A stretch of 12,316 nucleotides of DNA. It comes from a bacterium (GTDB lineage: Bacteria; SAR324; NAC60-12). Of this stretch, positions 1-10,082 are shown piece after piece; within the stretch, counting starts at the first letter, position 1; each line of letters starts with the position of its first letter. Position numbers and translations under genes: made by a program. The stretch is taken from the NCBI GenBank assembly GCA_965233585.1, contig CBDDTI010000133.1, positions 1 to 12,316 on the forward strand. Reading direction: 5' to 3'. The notes below the pieces were generated by a model. That model was not told the DNA's origin, made no database searches, and saw nothing but the letters and a program-made list of their open reading frames with translations.

Positions 1-369
1 TACTTAAATTGTCATTGTTTGGTGCGATCTGGCCAGGTTTCTGAATTCATTTGTATGTCACACCAGGAATAGTATATATGCCGCTTCCATTTAACTGATG
101 TTTGAGGTCCAGAATTGACCAGACTTGCATTTAATTTGACATTTGGAGTATACTAGCAAATAGACATAGCGAATATCCAAAACTTTGGCAGGGCGGAATC
201 TAGTGAAGGCATGTAAGTAGGAAGTAGATTTTGCAGATTTTGATCTAATTGAGCTTTTGTAGGAATGTCTCTTCTCAAAGTTGAAGGGAAAATATGTTAT
301 AGAACTTTAAAGACAGAACACTGATGAACATAAAAAACATTCTGTTTGCTTAAAAAACAACACAATACT

Positions 370-593
370 CACAGGAAAAAATAACGGATTCCCAATTTTG
401 GATATTTTAGGGTATTTAAAGAATACCCACAAAAATCCCAAATTTGGAAGAGTGAGACAAATCCCAATTTGGGAACTTGGTTGGGAATTCCCTGATTGAG
501 ATTTGTCTCACTTTACCAAATTTGGGATTTTTGTGGGTATTCTTTAAATACCCTAAAATATCCAAAATTGGGAATCTGTTATTTTTTCCTGTG
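370..593. mobile_element. Foldback (near-complete palindrome) MITE, CAC..GTG termini, 3-bp TSD ACT
   Basis: About 106-bp arms (370..475 / 488..593) with few mismatches and a 12-nt loop. ACT at 367..369 and 594..596. Confidence 0.85.
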
Positions 594-599
594 ACTCCT

Positions 600-860
600 T
601 TGTACCTTTCGTTCAGCCACGCCATCCTTGGACGTGGGAAACTCGCTGAAATGAATTCTGGGTATGTTCCAAGATGGCGCGTCACTCGTCTCTCATTCCC
701 AGATCCTCTGGACTTTTCAAGATGGCGGTCAAGTCAAATTTCCCACCCCGGGGACCATTTTGGAAGTCAAAATCTCAACCCACATGCACTTTATGAAGTC
801 TAATTCCCCTGGGTTGCTCGACCCCCCCATCCTGGGGCAAACCAATGATAGGTGCATAAT
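600..860. mobile_element. Probable one-ended fragment of a non-autonomous DNA element
   Basis: GC-richer island with two CAAGATGGCG copies (670, 718), ending GGGGCAAACCAATGATAGGTGCATAA. This resembles an anthozoan repeat terminus from memory; no partner TIR found in the window. Confidence 0.4.
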
Positions 861-1074
861 AAGGATGAGGGGAGAGAGGAAGGTGTAAACAAGGCAGTGT
901 GGGTGCAAAGAGAACTAATTTTCCGTCTTTCTCTTCAGTCCAGCTGTGACTGTAAGTTTAACTTATTTGATAATTTCATTACCAACAGTACTTCTTTAAT
1001 TTGAATTTACTCAAAAAGTTCCCCAGAAACTTGCTTAAAAACTATTGGTAAATCACTGTTTGTCTTTATTTCAG

Positions 1075-1135
1075 GAGGAATTTTATGGGTGCAAAATCGA
1101 GTTAGCTGATAGGGAAACTGTAGAACAAAATTCTG
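1075..1135 (+). CDS. DPH5: DPH5 internal coding exon (first in window; gene 5'-partial)
   Basis: tttcag|GAG..TCTG|gtaggt. Translates EEFYGCKIELADRETVEQNS, matching the EEFYG..ADRE.VEQ segment of diphthine synthase. Phase 0 in, phase 1 out. Confidence 0.95.
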
Positions 1136-1176
1136 GTAGGTAGTTAATCCTCTGGCAATATTTTTGCGTGCTTGCT

Positions 1177-1562
<386 letters not shown>

Positions 1563-1633
1563 ATAGACAAATAAGTCAGAGCAGAAATATCCTAAAGAGC
1601 TAAAGGCAACTTATTACTTTTTCCTGTTCATAG

Positions 1634-1697
1634 ATCTTCTTTTGGAGCATGCTAAGGACAAAGATGTAGCTTTCTTAGTTGTTGGAGATCCATTTGG
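1634..1697 (+). CDS. DPH5: DPH5 coding exon
   Basis: catag|AT..TTTGG|gtgaga. (D)LLLEHAKDKDVAFLVVGDPF(G), the conserved VAFLVVGDPFG motif of the tetrapyrrole-methylase-fold DPH5. Confidence 0.96.
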
Positions 1698-1829
1698 GTG
1701 AGAAAAGTGTAACGTTTGTTTATAGAAACACAGCAATTGAGCTGCAGTCACTGAGCTGTAGGTGAAGTACAGTCACTGAATATTTCCAGTGTTTTAGATC
1801 ATAATAACATTGTTGTAAGGCAATTTATT

Positions 1830-3140
<1,311 letters not shown>

Positions 3141-3521
3141 ATTAGCACCCAGTTTTTACTATAGAGTGTCCAATTTCATGTTTGTTAAATGTAGGGTGAG
3201 AATTAAATTAAAGTGGGACATGACCAATACTGGACAATTAGAGAACAGGATATGGGATAAATAACCACAGTGGGAAATGGGAGATACTGCAGTATCTTGC
3301 AGTCATGGTAAAGAATGTTTGAAGTAGTTGAACAGGACAGACTGTATCTTAAATAATTGTGTGCCTTTGCACCATGCCAATGCAGAATGTGGTCATTGTA
3401 AGGCAAGCCTTTTGAATGTGAAAGACTGTAGTCTATCGTTGACATCAAAAGTACAGAGGAAACCTAATTTGGCTTGCTGAAAGAGAGTTCCATCAACAAT
3501 AAAATATGATAAGTTTAAAAT

Positions 3522-3586
3522 AATGCATTGAATGATAATAATTATAATAATTATTATCATAATTTATTATTATCATTCAATGCATT
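3522..3586. repeat. Perfect 21-bp inverted repeat with 23-nt AT spacer
   Basis: AATGCATTGAATGATAATAAT (3522..3542) / ATTATTATCATTCAATGCATT (3566..3586). Confidence 0.9.
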
Positions 3587-3970
3587 TTCCTTGCTTTTCA
3601 TTGGCCAAGAGCCAACCACATGACCTGCAAATAACTGCATACAAATAATGGTCTGCTCATGCGTAGTACCATCTAAGTGTGTTTTGCTACAAATAATATT
3701 CATCTCATGCGTAATTATAACCATGATCTCTGGTGAAAAATGGCAGATTGCTCTCCTGAGCTGTCAAAGAGTGATTAAATAAGAAAACAAATTTGGTGAC
3801 TGAATGATAAAACAATTTTTATTGAACTCAGTTCTTGCAAAATATCGTTATTTGTCAGTGTCTCACAGATCAATTACAGTGTTTGCCTCAGCCTTCAGCT
3901 TTGCTAAATAATTGGTCTGCTCTTCACTGACAAACCACAATACTTTGCTCAACCTCGTGCACTAATATTA
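3560..3970. mobile_element. Degenerate hairpin-ended non-autonomous element
   Basis: CATTGGCC near 3599. Imperfect hairpin 3837..3948 (TTTGTCAGTG/CACTGACAAA; CAGATCAATTA/TAATTGGTCTG). Confidence 0.6.
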
Positions 3971-3995
3971 TTGTTCTGTGAATATTTATTTTTAG

Positions 3996-4104
3996 GGCTA
4001 CTACTCACACAGACCTTGTGTTGCGAGCATGTCAATTGAGCATTCCTTACCAAGTCATTCATAATGCTTCCATTATGAATGCTGTTGGATGCTGTGGTCT
4101 TCAG
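3996..4104 (+). CDS. DPH5: DPH5 coding exon
   Basis: ttttag|G..CAG|gtagtt. [36 protein letters not shown], with the ATTH and [15 protein letters not shown] signatures. Confidence 0.97.
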
Positions 4105-4529
4105 GTAGTTACCTAAAAACTAAATTTATGATTTAGTTATTTTTGTCCTATGTATTGTTGTGATGTGTAATAATTATTGATCATCTCATCATGAAAACTG
4201 TGTGTCAATATAAATTTGTAAATTATTATAAATTATTATTAGTTATTTTTTGATATATTTTAAATTTGCTCTGAGCAATTTGACCATGGAAATCATTTAA
4301 CATGAATATTTGCCATTTGCCCCTTTTCTTTAGGGGAAAGGCAATTTTCATGCATTTCATGTCCTCTAAAACTTTCAGTCTAGTTTCTGAAATGCACTAG
4401 AAACATTAAAATGAGAGTAGTTGTTTTGTAATTTTATAATAGTAGTTGTTTTAAATCATTTGTTATATTCTTACTTGTAAAGAGGCGCAATTCAGGTTTT
4501 TAACTGCAATGTTTTCTTAATAAGCACAG

Positions 4530-4572
<43 letters not shown>

Positions 4573-4577
4573 GTTTC

Positions 4578-5581
4578 CAGGGTGTGACATTAGCACTCGC
4601 CCGCTCGCCCAGGCGAGTGTCAAAAGTGTCAGGCGAGCGCAACTCATGGATCACTCGCCCGTTTGGCGAGTACGATTTTCGTTGCCAAGAAATTATTTAA
4701 ATTGCAAAATGAACACTGTGTTGTAAATTCCGTTTTGCTGAGAAAACCCCTAAATATAAACTGACTATTTCTACTTTACAAAGTTATATATTCCGAACTG
4801 TCTAATAGGCAACATTGGGCTTCGTAAATAAACAAATATGGCTTCCTCCTAGTGGCAATTACATAACGCATATACTTGCAAAAAGTTACACTGCTGGTCA
4901 CCATCGAGCCATCGGTGATTAGGTTAATATGGCGCCTGAAGACTCGCAAGTTGAAGAGTCATCATTAAAAAAATATATTTGAAATGTAAAGCAAGTGCCT
5001 CCACCATGTTTTCTTGGGGTTTAAGGTCTTTAAATAGAATTTTCCATTGAAGTAATAATCCTTAGTCTGCCACGTGTTCAACAATGTTGCAGGCGACTTT
5101 TTTTTCCCGTACTTTCCCAGCACTCTGATCAATGGGTGTTCTCCTGGTAAGTTTAAAAATCGGCGGGTAAACTTATCGCAGCCAACATGTGGAAATATAT
5201 TTCCGGTCAGTTTCTAAAGTTGTCGACGAGAAAAGAACGAAAAAGCCCCGAAAGCTGCCCGTAATACGAGGTAGTACGGGAAGACAAGGACCACAAACAT
5301 GGCTAAAGTATGATGAGGAGAAAGGTATGGTTTGCGAGTGGCGTGTTGAGGACAAACAAACTTTGGTCGCACAGAATGTTCTAAACTCCAATAGATTAAT
5401 CGATGGCTGCAGTAGCTACAAAACGGAGTCAATTTCATAAAAATTAAAGACGGCTTAGACTGTAGGGGGGGGGGGGGGTGGGTGTAAAGTTTTTGGCGAG
5501 TGAAAACTGGTGCGGGCGAGTACATTTTGGGAGTCACTCGCCCTAATGGCGAGTGCTTTCAAAATTTAGTGTCCAACCCTG
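4578..5581 (+). mobile_element. Internally deleted hAT-like DNA transposon (1004 bp)
   Basis: CAGGGTGTGACATTA / TAGTGTCCAACCCTG termini (12/15 inverted match), clustered subterminal CTCGCC/GGCGAG motifs at both ends, TGTTTC on both flanks (4572..4577, 5582..5587). Confidence 0.8.
5189..5440 (+). pseudogene. Remnant of a hAT transposase N-terminal (TTF-type) zinc-finger region
   Basis: WLKYDEEKGMVCEW(R)..LIDGCSSYKTESI resembles the WL.Y....M.C..C...F..G....K pattern. The second Cys is replaced by Arg and the frame is truncated. Confidence 0.55.
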
Positions 5582-5589
5582 TGTTTCTT

Positions 5590-6030
5590 TAATAATTGTA
5601 TCTATAACAACATTCTTGATCGTGATTAGTTTTCCATGTGCCTATTTGTCACAAAATTGGTATTGGATCACATTAAATTTTATGTCCAATTAGAGGTATC
5701 CACTTACAACTTTTTGAAATTGGATTCCTGTAACTGGATACCTATGCCATGTGCATATTAATTACATTCACTGTGATGGCTTCCTTATTGTTTCCTACTG
5801 TTTTTCAAACTAGTTATGAAAAGTGTTGCTACTGACTTATTGTTCAAGAAAAGTTCTTGAAAGACTGACGTTAAATTTTGAAAATTGTTGTTGATATGAT
5901 TAATAATTATTTTATTAATTGGACCTCATGTCCTTCAGTTCAGGGAGTTATTATTGTGGCCATAATTTCAAATCTACCCTGTGGTGTGTGCCTCTCAGAT
6001 TTTGAACTATCATCGTATCATTTCCTCTAA
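5590..6030. mobile_element. Heavily decayed hairpin-ended element
   Basis: GTGATTAG (decayed GATTGG) at 5622 and a residual inverted pair TAATTTCAAATCT (5963..5975) / AGATTTTGAACTA (5997..6009). Partly relies on recalled coral repeats. Confidence 0.35.
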
Positions 6031-6037
6031 CTTCCAG

Positions 6038-6158
6038 TTATATAACTTTGGAGAGACAGTCTCCATTGTTCTGTGGACAGACAACTGGAAACCAGACAGT
6101 TTTTATGATAAAATTGCATCGAACAGAAAACAAGGTCTTCATACACTCTGTTTGTTAG
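6038..6158 (+). CDS. DPH5: DPH5 coding exon
   Basis: ttccag|TTA..TTAG|gtaagt. [40 protein letters not shown]; lies inside ORF 5981..6166. Confidence 0.97.
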
Positions 6159-6295
6159 GTAAGTGATAACAGAAAATGCACCTTCAAATTTAGCCCCAAG
6201 GGCAATTTTTCCTCTTTGTGGCATTTGAAATTGGCAGATTTCATTTCTTCAGCTGGTAAGTTATTACTTGCATGTGCAGGTAGTGTGTGGTATAA

Positions 6296-6584
6296 GGGAA
6301 AGTTCATTTAATATGACAAGGGAGGGGATGAAGATATTGAAACTTGAAGCTTGAAATTTTAGCAGCCTTCCCCCCACCCCCCCCCCCCACCCCCCCTTGC
6401 TGTCAGTTCAATTTTTTTAGGAGTTCCTCCTGTTGGTTTTGAAGTATACAGATTTTCAAAGCCCCCCCCCCCCCCCCTTAAAGCCAAACAATTTTTTCAG
6501 AGCCCCCTTTTTGGGTGTCTAAAAAATTTCGGAGCCCCCCTCAATATCTTCATCCCTCTCTTGTCATATTAAATGAACTTTCCC
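6296..6584. mobile_element. Tourist-like (PIF/Harbinger) MITE, 289 bp
   Basis: About 45-bp near-perfect TIR GGGAAAGTTCATTTAATATGACAAG..GATATTGA (6296..6340 / 6541..6584), TAA TSD at 6293..6295 and 6585..6587, internal C-runs. Confidence 0.9.
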
Positions 6585-6587
6585 TAA

Positions 6588-6833
6588 AAGGTAAAGCCAA
6601 GTGACCCATCTGGCTGAAGCTTGTCCTTAGTTCTGTTGCATGATCAGGAAGTGACCAGGGGTGTTCCAGCTACCCCCTGGATGAGATGCTAGTCCAACAC
6701 AGGGTTTCATTAAATTCGCTAGGGTGGAGAGAGGCACTGTAAAAGTAAAGCATCTTGCCCAAAAACACAACACTATGTACCCAGACAGGGGGCTCAAACC
6801 AGAGTCAAGCAGACTAGCCATGAAGCCATTGCA
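6588..6833 (-). mobile_element. Decayed tRNA-derived SINE
   Basis: Minus strand: A-box-like TGGCTTCATGG (6828..6818), B-box-like GGTTTGAGCCC (6800..6790), CORE-like TTGGGCAAG, TGGACTAGCATCTCATCCAGGGG body and CTTTACCTT tail. Confidence 0.75.
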
Positions 6834-7199
6834 TGTGGTACCCTTATAATATCTTGACTACTATTGTACAGTAATTTCAATGTTGGGATATCTTACACCA
6901 CAAAGCAAGGTTCCGAAGATAGCAGGAACTGGATGAAACGGGGAAAAATCCCAGCATTACATAATATTTTGCCATAGCAACCCACACAGAAGCAGGAGCC
7001 ATTACAGAAGGAGTGGGAACTGGGATTGAAAAAAAATATACCAAACTCAATAAGTTCAATCCCCCTCCTCACCCCTCTGTGTACCTCTCCATTTCGATCT
7101 TAATAATTTTAGCAAATTTAACTGACTTCATAATTTAGATAGGACGCTGTGCGCTGATTGATTGGTCTACTTGGTCAAAAATGCATGTTTTATTTACAG

Positions 7200-7377
7200 G
7201 TTAATGCACTCATTGCTCGTGAATTATCAGGATTTACCTACACTCGTTCACTAACAATGAACGAGAAATTTCAATACTGCACGAGACCGCCGAGTGCGGT
7301 ATTGAAATTTTCGAGTTCATTGTTGGTGAACTCGTGCAGGTAAATCCCGACAATTCACGAGCGATGAGTGCGTTAAC
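7200..7377. mobile_element. 178-bp imperfect palindrome (element Y)
   Basis: GTTAATGCACTCATTGCTCGTGAATT... / ...AATTCACGAGCGATGAGTGCGTTAAC, pairing nearly to the centre CACGAGACCGCCGAGTG. Confidence 0.8.
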
Positions 7378-7398
7378 ATTTTTATTATTCAAACCACG

Positions 7399-8576
7399 GA
7401 GGGAGTCCACAGGGGTCTATCTTAGGGCCCCTGCTGTTCAACATCTTCATGAATGATCTGCATGAAGTGCCTAAAAACACCACTTTATCCACATATGCCG
7501 ATGACACTCAAATATTTTACGCGGGTAAAAATGAAGTGGAACTCGAACAGGCTATTAGCACTGATCTTAAAAGGGTTGATGAATGGTTTGATAAGAACAA
7601 AATGCAAAGAAATCCCAGCAAATACACAACTATTGTATTTGGCAATCTACGAACTGGTCCACCAAGATTTGTATGCGAAAACACAGTCATCCCCTTAAAC
7701 GAAAAGGTGGAATTGCTTGGTGTTACGATTGACAAAAAGTTGAAATTCGATGCGCACGTAGCAAAGATCTGTCGTCGAGTAAGTCAGCAAGTGGCTGTAC
7801 TGAGGAGGATGAAGAAAATGCTGCCGTTCGAGACGCGTATGAAGCTGTACCAGTCGTTCATTGTACCGCACTTCAATTACTGCGCAGAAACATGGAACGT
7901 CTGTAGCAAGGGCGCAACCACTAAGTTAGAAAAACTCAATGAAAGAGCACTGAGATTTGTTTATAGAGATTATAGCTCGTCGTATGAAAGGCTACTTAAA
8001 CAATCTGGCTATCAAACGCTGTTAAATCAGAGATTGTCAAAGATAGTGACTTCTGTATACAAAATAGTTAACAGGCAGGGTGTGTCAGAATCACTGTGCG
8101 ATCTAGTGGAACTAAGGGAAAGTAATTATAATCTTCGAGGAGACAAAATCTTGACATTACCAAAAGTAAATACTACTAAGTACGGACTTAAATCACTCAG
8201 ATACGAAGGAGCCAATCTGTGGAATAAACTACCGAATGAATACAGAAAAGCGGACTCTTACAAACTGTTCAAGAAACAGATATCAGATATGGATTTGGCT
8301 GGCCGCTACATGTCGTAATCACATGCTGATATATTTTAAAACATTTTGTATATTTTATAGTACAATATTTAATAATCTTAGAAACATTGTAAATAGTATC
8401 TTTTTTATCTTTTTCAGTATTTTTATGTATCATTTTCATTACTTTTTCCCTTCATTATTATTATTATTACTATTTTGTTTTGTGACTATTCCTGTAAAGT
8501 AGCTGGTTAGCTAAGTGTTTGGTCACGTTAATAAACTTACTTACTTACTTAATAATAAACTTACTTTACTTACTTT
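7399..8576 (+). mobile_element. 5'-truncated non-LTR retrotransposon, CR1/L2 group
   Basis: RT C-terminal half, AT-rich 3' UTR, stem-loop, AATAAA plus (ACTT)n tail; ACG on both flanks (7396..7398, 8577..8579). Confidence 0.9.
7407..8318 (+). pseudogene. LINE ORF2 fragment: reverse transcriptase C-terminal half (open frame, N-truncated)
   Basis: PQGSILGPLLFNIFMNDL, YADD, LLGVTID.KL.F..H, LY.SFI.PHF.YC..W and LWN.LP motifs. No stop between 7407 and 8318. Confidence 0.92.
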
Positions 8577-9135
8577 ACGCGGGATGTTGGAAGAACACGA
8601 GAAGAGTTCGTAAATCACGAGCCACAGGCGAGTGATTTACGAACTCTTTGAGTGTTCTACCAACATCCCAAGTGGTTTATCACCCTATAAACCATAGAAA
8701 CTTGTGGTCTATTGCTTTTATATAATAATTTAGAAGACGCGCGATTTTTCAGAGTGTTTACCGGCACAATAACCCACAGCTGATTGACCGATCAGAGCGC
8801 GTGCATTGATTTGGTTATTATACAACAGAGTATAAAACATAGAAAAAACGTGTTTTATTGTTTTGTGCACGTAAAATCTATATCATAAAGCAAATTAAGA
8901 AGCCTAAGCAGTGTATTACACTGTGAAAAAACACTCTAGGCATTTGGTAACACTCGAAAAATGTAGAAAACTCTCGCCTGCGATTCGTGTTTTCTACATT
9001 TCGCTCGTGTTCTCAAATGCCGGTCTTGTTTTATCACAGTGTAATACACGGCTTAGGCTCCTTTTTTTTTAAGTAAACCATTTTCTTATATCATTTATAT
9101 TACCTGTATTCATGTTTTTTTCGTTATTTCTGCAG

Positions 9136-9175
9136 ACATTAAAGTTAAGGAACAGTCCGTGGAGAATTTAATGAA
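9136..9175 (+). CDS. DPH5: DPH5 coding exon (40 nt)
   Basis: ctgcag|AC..ATGAA|gttagt. (D)IKVKEQSVENLM(K), completing HTLCLLDIKVKEQ. Confidence 0.95.
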
Positions 9176-9306
9176 GTTAGTGAGACAAAGTTTTGCTATG
9201 CGAAAACAATTGAATGTTTCTTCTTCAATCTGCATCATCTTTTTTAATATTATTACAGGCTGACTTAACTACAACAATGCATATTTGTTTAATGGTAATG
9301 CAACAG

Positions 9307-9410
9307 GGGAAGGAAGATATTTGAACCGCCACGGTACATGAGTGTGAATGAAGCTGTAAGCCAGTTATTGGATGTGGTCAAGAACAGAGATACGAAAGGG
9401 GAGCCTCTAG
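9307..9410 (+). CDS. DPH5: DPH5 coding exon
   Basis: caacag|G..CTAG|gtaaag. GRKIFEPPRYMSVNEAVSQLLDVVKNRDTKGEPL, with the EPPRYM motif. Confidence 0.95.
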
Positions 9411-9552
9411 GTAAAGTAACAGAGTGCTATCCAAAAAGGAAATAACTGACCTAAAACTAGAATCTAATGTCTCGTCCACATTACGTCGGAGAAATTTTAA
9501 AACGCAAAAATCACCGGTCATTTTGAAATTGTGTTGGCTCGGTCAGGAAAGT

Positions 9553-9694
9553 CAGGGGCGGATCTAGGGGGAGGGTGCAGGGGCTCTGCTTTCTTCCTCG
9601 TATTCGCTTTTAAAATTTTGTTTACCTCACCGGTCAGTGACGTCATTCCTTAGAGGTGCACCCCCTCCTAAGAAAAATCCTTCATCCGCTCCTG
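9553..9694. mobile_element. 142-bp MITE, CAGGGGCGGAT / ATCCGCTCCTG termini, TSD AAAGT
   Basis: 10/11 TIR match; AAAGT at 9548..9552 and 9695..9699; inner inverted pair TAGGGGGAGGGTGCA / TGCACCCCCTCCTA. Confidence 0.8.
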
Positions 9695-9988
9695 AAAGTC
9701 ATCTCCTCAGTCACTGTAATTTTACCCCCGATTTCTCGGAATCTCAGATTTTTTGAATCAATTTTCGTTTCCATTGGAGGTTGACCTTCTTCAAATCAGC
9801 ATTTCACTTCACACAGTCACATGCAACGTGTTTATTACGCCTTCTTTGAAATCTTTTAAATCAGCAACAAATCGATTTTCGCTACAATTTTACGGTGGAT
9901 TCAACTAGGAATACGGTCAAATACGACTCCTCCACTCCCTGTGGGCACTGATGTTCATCTATCTTCGCAAAATATTTTCGAATCAAGT

Positions 9989-10082
9989 GTAGGCGAAACG
10001 ACTTGGATGTAGGCGAATCGACTCAGATCGCGTAGGCGAATCAATCTCGATGTAGCCGAATCGACTTGTAGGCAAAACGACT
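9989..10082 (+). repeat. Five copies of 15-mer GTAGGCGAAWCGACT, probably a transposon subterminal array
   Basis: Copies start at 9989, 10009, 10032, 10052 and 10068. Confidence 0.8.

Larger units (their letters stand above)
7391..8822. mobile_element. Hairpin-ended element Z (7391..7398 + 8580..8822), interrupted by the LINE
   Basis: Rejoined arm AAACCACGCGGGATGTTGGAAGAACAC pairs 24/27 with 8652..8678. GACCGATCAGAGCGCG at 8786..8801. Confidence 0.7.
7130..9070. mobile_element. Outer hairpin-ended element X, split into about 7130..7193 and 8826..9070
   Basis: GCGCTGATTGATTGGTC in the left piece; hairpin 8901..9059 in the right piece (outer arms 25/26 match). Joining the two pieces is inference. 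Confidence 0.55.

Noticed and set aside
141..163. LEYTSK as the missing DPH5 LEAYTS exon
   Set aside because: It lacks the Ala, is followed by a stop, and has no upstream GLGL motif; the N-terminal exon(s) lie outside the window.
416..888. ORFs 416..685, 477..803 and 664..888 as genes
   Set aside because: They overlap a palindromic MITE and a repeat fragment, and have no recognisable protein motifs.
6785..6833. tRNA gene on the minus strand
   Set aside because: Degenerate A/B boxes with a shortened spacer, no cloverleaf, and continuity with a SINE body.
7200..7377. miRNA precursor or snoRNA
   Set aside because: It shares apex and loop motifs with neighbouring mobile elements, I saw no convincing box C/D or H/ACA layout, and there are no expression data.
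7449..8318. RT as a stand-alone gene, retron, or DPH5-RT fusion
   Set aside because: It begins mid-domain, has a LINE tail and TSD, and DPH5 splices in frame around it.
9989..10082. CRISPR-like repeat array
   Set aside because: 15-bp repeats with 1-8 nt spacers, inside a eukaryotic intron, with no cas genes.
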